This document shows positions 10,890 through 22,451 of a DNA stretch of 64,000 nt, piece by piece (position 1 is the first letter of the stretch; each line of letters starts with the position of its first letter). This DNA is from Paraspadella gotoi (taxonomy: Eukaryota; Animalia; Chaetognatha). The DNA is taken from NCBI GenBank assembly GCA_051294375.1, contig CM119269.1, positions 9,484,782 through 9,548,781 of the forward strand, in the 5' to 3' direction. The notes beneath the pieces are model-generated. The model ran no database searches. It was not told the DNA's origin and saw nothing but the letters and a program-made list of their open reading frames with translations. The position numbers and the translations under genes are program-made.

Positions 10890-13800
10890 TCACAACATGG
10901 CTTGTGAGTCATTAGACCCGTTGGATTTGCTGCTGTCTTTTGCTGCCTGATAAACAGTGAGATGCATGGAGTTGCTTCGAGGGCGAGAAGCCCCTTGCGT
11001 CGAATTCCGCTGGAATGCATGACAGAAATTGATATGATTTGAATGTTTGGCATTCATTCAGTCATTCATTCTATAATTTGTTCATTCATTATTTAATCAA
11101 CTCGCTTATTAATTCTTTCACTCTTTCAATTAGTAGCTATTTTTATTCATTTGGGATAGTTTTTTTTTTTAAACTTAATTATTAAAGATTTGTACTTATA
11201 TTTTTATTTATTCATTTATTCATCAGCATTCTCGACTACTCACCTGCAGAACCAAAGACGTTCCGTCGGCTGCAGCTGCGGCGGCCGCGTGCTGCGCCCC
11301 GAGACAACAACGACAACAAGGACAGAGAGAATAGAAGGCGAGACGAAATTTGGCGCTGATGAGATTGTAAATGATTGGGTTCATTGTGGAATTTAAGTAG
11401 TAGAAGATTCCAGACAGATACCTAATGAAAGCCAATCAAGAGGCGAATTACAAAACGAGGAACCAATCATAGCCTTCTGTCCCTACCTTGCTTTTTCTCC
11501 TTGCCCCTTTTCTTCTTTACTCCTTTCCTTCCTTCCTCTTTTCTTCCTTTTCCTTCCCAACCACCTATACTTATCTTTCCACCCTCCCCTCTTTTCCTCC
11601 CTTCCTGCTCTCCTTCCTTTTTCTCCCTCCTTTCTTCCCTCCCACCCTCTATCTCTCTTTCCTCCTTTCTTTCCTCCTTTCCTCCCTCCCTCCCTCCTTT
11701 CCTCCCTTCCTCCCTCACCATATAAACTCATGGATCTTAAAGAGAAAGGGATGAGCCTCCCTCCCCGCCGCCCAGACGCCAGAAGGGATGAAAACCATCA
11801 TGAGTCGTTGCGCGTGATAGGGCGTCCAACAGACGAAGAAGCTGACGACGACGACGACGAGCATTTTGATCACCGACTTTCTGTGAAGAGGGGGTGAGTG
11901 ATAGAGAGTGAGTGATAGAGAGAGAGTGATAAGAGATGAGTGTTAGATGGAATGATGGTAAGAGGAGGGAGGAGAGGGTAAGGGTCTATTTTGGTTACAA
12001 TTTTTAGATAGCGCCCTATTTTTTGCTTAAATTAAATTTTGACCCAGATATCTTTTCAAAAATTGAATCCTTATCCCTGACCCAGACGAAATCCCTAACC
12101 GGCATCCTGAACGACAAATCCTAATCCCTAACCTTAATTACTAACCTTAAACCATAATACCGAACCCAAATTCCTAACCAAAACAACAACTAAATCCTTA
12201 ACTCAATTCGTAACCTCATTATAACCTAATTAATAATGATAATACTAAACCATATAAATCCCGACGATGGCCATTCAACATTAATGCAATCTGTATTAAA
12301 TAAAATCATGATTAAACAAAGCAACGAACTGTATTGTTTGTAAACAAATATCTATTGTTTATATTTTCAAACGCTTTTACAAAAGACAAATAGGATCGTC
12401 TGATTAAGACGAGAGTTTATGTCCAACATTAAAACGGAGCAAAAATATTAAAGTCAAGTAAAAATCAAAATTCGAATATTAGATCACGAACAGGCTGTGA
12501 ATAACCTGTGAACATTTTTAAATAAAAATAAAATTGAATTTTTATTATTCAATTGTCGCATACGCCCATATTTATACATATTGAGAAAGACCGGTGGTAA
12601 GTCGCCTCAATATCACTCACCCTAGAAAATGTCAAAATTTTAAAATGTTTTTTTTCTTATTTTGAAAAGCAGAATTTTTTACGAAAAGTTTAAAAAAAGA
12701 AATATAACTTTCATTAAATGCATAAAAATACTAAAAAACTATTATTATTAACCTATAATTAAATTTTAGTATAAAAAATATATTTTTTAAATTTTTGGAT
12801 AACTTAATGAAAGAATTTTTGATTAAGACTTTTATTTTCTTTTATCAACTATTTATGAGGAATTCGAATCTGCTTTCAAAACTAAGAAAACATTATTTTA
12901 AAATTTTTACATTTTCTATGGTGAGTACTATGTATAAATATGGGCGTATGCGAAAATTAAGAAATTTTTGAAAAAAGTTTTTTATATATCAATGTTCTTT
13001 AGTCCAAGACTGTTCACGATTAACTATTCGAATTTTGATCTGCAGCTTTCACTACTCCTTACTAATTATTTAACCTAAAAAAACAAATTCATTTTTTTAA
13101 TTTAAGTTGATAGGGGTGTTTTCAGAAAAGAGGGCCAAACTGCGGCGACAGCAACAACCACAACGGCAACAACAACCACTACCACCAAAACAACCAAAAA
13201 AAATCACAAGAGCAACAACAACCACAGCAACAACAACCACTACAACCAAAACAACCAAAAAAATCACAAGAGCAACAACCACAACAGCAACAACAACCAC
13301 TACAACCAAAAGAACCAAAAAAAATCACAAGAGCAACAACAACCACAGCAACCCTCACGACCTGGATTTTTTCCTCGTCGCCTGCCATTGAGGAATTGTC
13401 GAGTTGACGGTCAGCGCCGCGGGTGAGTTGTCGTTTTGTTTTAAAGTTCTCGCGATTCTGAGGCGGAAAACAAAAAAACAGCGCGAGAATTAGCCGCCGT
13501 TTTTGTCGTAAAACAAAAAAATGTCACCAATCACATTTAAAAGGTAGGCCTACGTTATACTATGAAAAATTACAAGATTACTTGTTTTGCTATATTAGAC
13601 TAAATTGGATTAAGTTTAAAATGTTGTTTGTTTTCCTTTCTTTTTTCAATGCGTTATTTGTAGAAATTTTTTAAACATACGACTCTTATTATGAAACATA
13701 AAAAACATTTCATTTTGTACCTCAAAAATAAATGTTAGTGTTGTCTTCAGTAATTTTAGGCGGTTTAAAGGCAAATAGACTCAGACAAAGTGGGTGGCGT

Positions 13801-16800
13801 AGCTTTTTTTTTCTTTCAAAAATTTGAAAATATCTCCTTTGTTCGCTTTGATTTCCATGTACATAATTCGCATTGTAAAAGAAGCTCCAACCGATTTAAA
13901 GATTGTAAATCTAAATCTTGACTTTTCGATTCACGTCTTAAATTAAAAATGAAAACATTACTGAATGCTCCGCTAAATGCTCCTTAAATTTGTTCGGATA
14001 TTTATCAAACATAAAGAATAATCTTTCTATTATTACAACGTAATAAAAATATCTTTTTCAAGATAGACATTATCTCTTTTTGACAGTATTTTCATAAAGA
14101 TTTCGAATTATATTTTAACAAAAGATTAATTTTTTTTTTATTTGACAGCAAAATAACGGTGATATTCATGGTTGTAAAATGGTATCTGAATAAAAAAAAA
14201 CGTATAAAAAGAGAAAAAATTCAGTTACGATTCGTCGCTTTGCCGAAGTTTTATATTCCCTTCACTTTTTAGGTTTAAATATTAAAAAAATATACTTTCA
14301 GTTATATTTTTTACCAAGTAAAGTTCAGTTACTTACTTAGTGACTAATTAAAAAAAATACTTTCTAGGCTTCATAATGAAAATGCGACTGGAATTTAAAG
14401 AATATTGTTATTGGATAGTATTTGTAAGCGGCTTGTTGGGTAAGTTTAAACTGGGCACTGATTTAACTTTTAAAAAATAATGGTTTCAGAAATAAACTGC
14501 CATACATATTGGTTTTTCAGTCGGTTGCATGGGAAATGTCCGCCATCGTTCTCGCCGCTTAAAAATCGGTAGCATATACGTATGTTGCTTTTTTTTTTTT
14601 TTTTGATGTGAATTGTTATTTGTTGGTTTTTAAGCTTTTATACCCCATATTTGATATGAATGTTTCCGTCCCTTTCTTACTGATAAACATAGAACTGTCT
14701 CTGTTCATGAACTCTTTTGCTGCTGGTAATAATACTTTTATTATTGTTGAACAATCAATATTTAATGAATTTTTTATTATTAATATCGTTCTATGGTAGA
14801 TTCGGAATCGCCAGGATTTTCCGTCAATGAATTATTGAAGAAACTTCATCGCCTTGAATCAGATTACCCAGGTTAAATTTTGGTTCAATACATTTTATTT
14901 TTTAAATCCTTATTAAAATTTAAGGAAACTTTTAAATATTTTTTTGATTATTATTTTTAGAAGACGTTTGAAATTGGTTTCAACAACGATTTTTATTGTA
15001 ACAAGACGTACATGTTTCGTCTTGTTACAATAAAAATCGTTGTTGAAACCAATTTCAAACGTCTTCTACTAATTCAAAACACAACGAAACGAAAGGAAAT
15101 TCACGATTATTTTTATAAATTCTTTTTGTATTTCATTTCAGGATTGAGCCTTGAACAATTAATGAAGACGATCAGCGATGAGAAAAAATTGGTAAAACAT
15201 TTTCAAATGTTTTTTTTTCGTAAGTATTTAACATTTTGAGACAAATAAGGAGGAATATAAAGTCACTAACATGTACATTTTAATAATGATTTTTTGTCGC
15301 ATTGGTTTAGCGGGTTCAAAACTTATCGTCCCGACCATTCGTCGGCTTAGTTAACAGATATACACTATTATACAGTATTAGGATATTTTAGGGTAGTAGG
15401 TAGTGGGTAGGAAGGGTTCGAAACCTCAAATGCCAAACGGTGAGATGCCCTGGACCCCCACTCTTGCCAAATCTTTTAATAACTTTAATTTCATTTAATA
15501 TGAACTCATGCAATGCCCGACTACATTTCCATTCACGTTAAGGATTCTCATCAAATCTCAAGACGAGAACTTTCAATAGGCGATAACAAAGAGAGGAATT
15601 TTAAAGAAGCAAGCTATGACAAAAACGCTTGGAAAGAAACCTTGTACAAGTACTTTGGAGAAAAAGACTTCAAAAAAAGTGCGGAAAACGAGGTTTCGGG
15701 AAAAAGCTTGAAGGAGCACTTCAAGAACAAAAGATTGGACGATGAAGACTGGAAAACAATATTGTACAAGCTTTTGAAGGAAAGAAGCTTAAAAAATGAT
15801 TCGACAAAGAAAAATACAGGTAATTAATGCAGAGCTGGACAAATAATCCTAATGTTTAACTGTTAGAAAAAAATATTTATTAATTTTATAAAAATATCTC
15901 ACTTAAGTTAAACAAATCCTTGACGAGATGACAGGGAGAAAAATCTTGGACGAGGTGTCAGAGGATTTAAAAGAAAAGCGCGAAGAGGAGACGAATCCTC
16001 TTTCTGAGGAAGATTTTCAAGAGAGAAGCACTCAGCCTAAAGGTTTGAGTAGGAATGACCCGAAATCTTATAATAGTTATATAAACACTATCTATTGGTT
16101 AGATACGATGTTCAGAAAATCGTAAAACACTATTTCAAAAACACTTAATTAAAATGTTTGTTATTTAACTTCCATTTCATTTAAATATTTTATTATTGAA
16201 CATAATTAACCCTTATTTCGTTTCAGAATCCAACTCACATCTTTTAATTCCCGAAAAAATTTTAAAAACAAAGTATGACGACGACTTTGATTCTCCTGGT
16301 TGGTTTTTATACTCCAAAAAAAAAACATTTAATTTTTAGCATTAATCATCACTCAAATAAAATCTTTATTGTTAATTAAAATTTTACTTTTAAGGTTTAA
16401 CCATCGATGAACTCATGAATTCTCCCAATGATGAAAAATATCCGGTAAAATAAAATTATATTTAATTTGTATGGAGGGTCTCCTTCGTTATAAATTTAAA
16501 AAGAAAACAAGTTTTTTTAACAAACAACGATTTGGTTTTTTTTATTTGGAGGAAAAAAACGGACGTGTTTCGACTCTTGTTGTAAACCTTCATCAGCGCA
16601 TTTGCTTTCTCTCCAAATATATTTAATTTCAAAACATTTAAAAAGAGAATTAAAATATTGCAACTATGCTTTTTGCAGATTTATGTTCGTTTATTCTGTT
16701 CTAATTAAAATGGCATTAATAATAATAATAATAATAATTATGATAATAATAATAATAATAATAATAAAAATATTAATAATATTTCTTCTACCTAATTCAC

Positions 16801-19800
16801 ATATCAATTGTATTGTTTTTTGTAGGACGAGGAACGAGAAACGAGGAACGAAGACGACGACAACGACAACAATAACAACAACAACGACGTCGCTCTTGAG
16901 GAAGAAAAGAGATCCATGAGACACGTCACAGAAGAGTAAGTTAAAACGTTAACAAAAATTTACAACCTTCACAATTGTGCCGATTTTGGGGACTTATCTT
17001 TTTTGCCTACTAATTTCCTTATCTACATATTCCAGCCTCTGGACAGGCGGCCGGGTTCCCTACGCCTGGACAGACGAGATCGACAACAACAACCAGATGC
17101 AACTGGCTATTTTTGCGGGGATGAAGCAATGGATGGAACAGACCTGCGTCAGGTGATTTAGAGATGGAACAATCTTGAGTCAAGTGATTTAGAGATTAAC
17201 AGACATGTGTCAGATGATTAAGAGATAAAATTGAGTAGTTTAAAGATAGAACAGTCTTGCGTCAGGTCATTTAGAGATGGCACAGAACTCCGTCATGTGA
17301 TCTAGAGATGGAACAGCCCTGCATCAGGTCATTAAGAGATGAAAAAGTCTTGCATCAGGTGATTCAAAGATGGAACAGACTTGCGACAGGTGATCTCGAG
17401 ATGCTTAAGGTAATTTAGAGATGGAAAAGTCTTGCATCAGATGATTTAGAGACGGAACAGATCTGCGTCAGGTGAACTTGACATGGAACAGACCTGTGTC
17501 AGGTGATCTCCATGGTAACCATTTGAAATCCCCCTCCTGCGAGAAAACGCCAGGAAATTATATCATTTTTATGTTAGTTATTTTTTTAATGTGAAGGAAG
17601 ATTAGGAGCAAATTCGAGCTTGTACTCGTTTTAGCTTTATACATATTTTTTTAAAAAAATTATAAAATCTTAAAGCGTTTTTATTTGGTAAATTTTTTCG
17701 AGTCGGGGCGTCTAAAATGTTCACAATGTAGAGATGAAACAGACATGCATCAATTGCATCACGTAATAAAAAATAAAAATATGGAGCAGACCTGCATCAG
17801 ATCATCCTGAAATCGATCAGACTGCCTGGACGTGATTAGGATTTCGAGTCAGAGATTACTCTTAGTGAAGATCGAGGATGCATTTTGCTCTTGAATTGCA
17901 AAAATGTCAATAATCCGATGGTGATTCGTCCATTCAGAGAGTTCTCGGCGGATTCCATCCGAGTCGCGGATCAGATTCCGTTTCCGGTTCATATAATTTT
18001 ATTCCTGGGCTCATTCCCTCATTCCCTCATTCCCTCATTCCCTCATTCCCTCATTCCCTCATTCCCTCGATGATATTACTGAAATAAACTCGCGTTCATT
18101 TTTTCGCTTGATCTCGAATTCTTTTCTTACTAAAAATTCCAAGCTCCACTTCTTCCTTCTTTGCTTCATATCTCCAAAAATGCGCAATTTGCAACAAAAA
18201 AATTGCTTTATTAATAGCTTATATGAATATAGCATTGCAGGAAATGGAATGATCAAGTAGCTTGTCTCGCTTGTCTCGTTTGTTCTTATATAAAATATAT
18301 TGACCCACTAATCGACAGACAGACAGACGGAACAGCGTTTCACTCAGTCGCGTCCGATCACGAATAATCGAGTAAGAAACGTTGAAATTATAGTTTATAT
18401 TGTTTATATTGTTTAGATTCGAACCTTTCAACGCAACGATTGATGGTGACGATCAATACATCCATTTCACGGCCAACGAGACGGGCTGTTGGTCGTACGT
18501 CGGTCGCATTAAGAAGATCTACGAATACCCGCAGCCGGTAAGAAATGGGATGGCAACGGGGGGGACATGTATGATGCCCGGGGTGTGAGGCATCTGCGAC
18601 AGCTGGCGCTCTGGGCTTTTGACCTGCAGTGACCACCCCATGTCACTGGCGTGTTTAAGCCGACACCATCACACTTTAACCAGCGTGACCGTGATTGGAT
18701 TGAACCCGGACCTCACGGTTAGTGAACGAGTACTTAGCTGTCAAAGCCAATGGGACGAGCGGAGTTTCACCAAGCTATACGGGAGGCAACGCCACCTTTT
18801 TAGCCGAAACTCAATATCAGAAAATTTAAAAATATGGTTAAGTATTAAGGTGATTTGGTGTGAAGATCAGGATTGGAATTAAAATTAAGTTCAATGATTA
18901 AGGGTAGGAGGGGGTGCTCCCGAAAAATAGTGCCAAGATTTCAAGGAACTAAGGATAATTATTAAGTATGCGCGGGCTATCTAATTCCGTTTTTGTTATT
19001 AGTTAAATGTTTTGATGATAATGATGGTGTATTGTAGAAGTTTTGAATTTTTTGGGGAGTGTTGTTAAGTGATGGAAATAATCATGATAAAGATAGTAGC
19101 GACTGTAATGAAAATAATTATTTAATTATAATGATAATAATATTCATTCTCAATTTAATGAGGTCTCGCTTCAACGTAACAATCAGTTGGGATATGGTTG
19201 CATGCACGCGCGCACCGTGGCGCATGAATTGGGTCACGTGCTAGGACTAGATCACGAACAGAACAGGTGATAATATTAAGGCCGATCTTTAACGAAAATG
19301 GTGGCTTATCGAGTAAAGTCATCAGGTCATGACCCCAACTAAAGGCCTCAATTCCAACCCAGTATAGATGACGATGATAATGAAAGGTTATGGTTATAGA
19401 GATCACGATGATGGTGATAATGATGACTCGATGATGAAGATAATGATAATGATGATGACGAGTTCGATAATGACGATGATGATGATAATGAAGAATGTCT
19501 ACGACGACAATGATGATAATGATGATGATGATGATGGTTATGACGATGATGTGATTATATTGATGAAGATAATGAAGATTATGAAGATAATGATTATTAT
19601 GATGATGATGATGACGACGACGATGAGAACGGGCATGCAACAAATTTCCCTTGCTATCACTAAAAAAAAGTTTAAAAACTAAAAACTAAAAAAAGAAGCA
19701 AGATATCTTCTCGAGTCTTGACCGTGTCCCACTCTCCTCAATACAGGAAAGATCGCGACGACTACGTAAACGTTTATCGCGAAAACATCATCCCTTATTT

Positions 19801-19955
19801 TTGGTCACAATTTACGCTTGTAGACGACAGGTACAGCGACAATTCCACATACGACTATGGGTCTGTCATGCACTATGGACCTTACTTCTTTTCAAAGTTC
19901 AATACCACCACGGTAAGAGAAATTACCGAGGGAAGGGCCTAATGTCTAATGTATA

Positions 19956-20003
<48 letters not shown>

Positions 20004-21066
20004 ACTCAAGTTCGAAGGAACTAATGTGTCATTAATTCGTTCTCTATTTCTCTTTCTCTCTCTCTTTGTCTCTCATCTCTTTCTCTTTTAATATAAATAG
20101 GGTCAATACATAGTCACCTAAAGATGGACTTAATGTCTCATTAATTCTCTCCTGCTCTCTCTCTCTCTCTTTCCACTTAGGGTCAATACATGGTCACTAT
20201 AGAACCAAAGAACGAATGTTATTTCGACATAATCGGAAGAACGCCGAGGGTATCCTTCTGGGATGCTTGGTGAGGCGACCTTATTTTCCAAAAACGTCTC
20301 GTTTCATCTTATATTATAGGTTTATAATGGGGTTAAATATTAAAGTTAAAATTAAATTCAGGGATTAGGGAACAGAAATGGGGTGCGTTTAGTAAAGAGT
20401 GCCGAGAAAGACACAAAATTTCGAAGGCGCAAATGTTAAATGATTTTTCGTCAATTTCCTTATGGCAAACAAAGAGGACGCAAATAATTGAAAAAAAATT
20501 TTCTGGCCAAATTGTTAAGTTGATAGCGGGAGCTGAGGATACAAGGGGGCCAACAAAAATTGTGGAGGTGTCGGCCGATTCTCTACATTTAAATAATTTT
20601 CCTTCACTTTCTCTTGACATCTTCTTTCCTTTTCCTCCCAAACTCTCCGATTTTCAACCCCTTCTCCCCCCCCACCAAAAAAAAAGGATCGTGAACCAGA
20701 GGTACAACTGCACCGAAGGATTGAATATGACCTGTCCCGACGGTTGCTACCCGTCCCGCACTGTGAGGAACCCCACCGGAGAATGCCAATGCCCTCGACC
20801 ATATCGGGATCCTTGCAAGATGTGCTACTACGACGTCGACAATTTTAGAGGATGCAGCACCGTCTTCCCTCTAGATCCGCCTTTGGTTTGCGGCAGATTC
20901 CGGGATGGTTGCTGTGGTACTTGCGTCCATCACTACTACAAGCCGAAGAAGGTCAGACTTGATAGATAAGGAATATTTTGGAATCATGAAAAAAGTTGAA
21001 ATTTGAAAAAAAAAATTGTTTTTTTAGAGAATTTCTAAAGTGCTACTAATAAAGTTACAAAGGTAG

Positions 21067-21111
<45 letters not shown>

Positions 21112-22411
21112 TAATAATAATAATAATGATAATAATTTAACAGCATCTGATTATTAAAGTATTCACAGTTATTTTTATAAAAAATAATAATAATAATATT
21201 ATTATTATTAATATTATTATTATTATTAATAAAATTTTCCGAATTTTTTTATAATTCGATGTTTGCTATCTATTTCTCTCTTGTTTTCTCTCTGGTTCAC
21301 AGGCCTGTCCTCAATGGAACCTTGGCCGTGACTGCTATCTCGACGTCCGCAATGGTCAATTTCACGTCATCACTGATGAGGAGGCGAAAGAACTTTGCAT
21401 GGACCGTCAATTTTTCAAGCGGTGTTGCTACAGATGCATGGAGACACTGACTCCCACTGAGCAGGAGTTTCTGGAGGATTATGATCCTGATTACTTTGAG
21501 GATTAAATCGGACTTTTTTTTTTTTTTTGGTTAAAAATTCATTGTCCTCAATCACGACTGAACATACAAGGAAAAGGTTAACTCTTGTCAGAAATCTTAT
21601 TCACAAATCACAATGTTTGTTAAATCTAAACTCTCAGAACTTTCTGACTCCTAAGTTTACCCGTGTTCTAAAGACGTAATAGTGAGCATCAATTGACTAA
21701 CTTTGCTCATTCGGACAAAAAAATGAAAACCTATAATAAAAGAGGATGTAATAAAAAGACTGGCGACTGTAGTGACGGCGTTAGAACCGATGGAATTGGG
21801 ATTTGATTTTCTGCTAATGTTTGCTTAATGGAAACATATACCCTTAAATCGCTTAAATTCGTATTTTTTGTTTTTTTGTTTTTTATTTATTGCATCGAGT
21901 CAGACTTTCTATGAATATAGATAAGGTTTTTTTCTGAATTTATGAAAAAAAATCGAATTCACTTAGATCAGTCAGAAAAACCTCTTGATGCGGTATCGGG
22001 CTACATTGTCAAATATTTATATACTTAAGTATTAATTTTTAAGCTTAATTTCAAGTAGAAAATTTTTTACGGATAAAATATTTTTCCGGTTTTATAATAT
22101 TCTTTATTATGTATATACTCTCCTTTCGTTGTTTTTGAGGTATTAGGAAAAAACAGTTTTTGTTTGACAAACGATTTATTTGACACAATTTAGTCAGACA
22201 TGTTTCGGCTCATTCATTTAGAGCCTTCATCAGTGTTTGACAATCAATATTTTGTCTCTGTTGAAGTAAGTTTTTGAGAGAGAGAAAGAGAGAGAGAGAA
22301 ATTGAGGGAGAGTTTCCAACAAAGAATAAGGTAAGGGACAGTGGTCAGATCTGAGGACAGCTGAAGGTGAGGAGAGGGAAGAAGTAAGTCTTTGAAAAAT
22401 GAAATGAGAGT

Positions 22412-22451
<40 letters not shown>

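Noticed and set aside
10838-11025. H/ACA snoRNA-like double hairpin
   Set aside because: Better explained as the in-phase terminal coding exon of the GPCR (11009-10890) plus adjacent UTR.
15300-15430. tRNA gene or SINE (TGGTTTAGCGG ... GGTTCGAAACC)
   Set aside because: The boxes are ~110 bp apart and no cloverleaf can be formed.
19368-19682. Met/Asp/His-rich ORFs
   Set aside because: Translation of an intronic (GAT)n microsatellite region.
21372-21392. CTGATGAGGAGGCGAAAG hammerhead-like motif
   Set aside because: No stem II, stem III or cleavage triplet; it encodes TDEEAKE in the last astacin exon.
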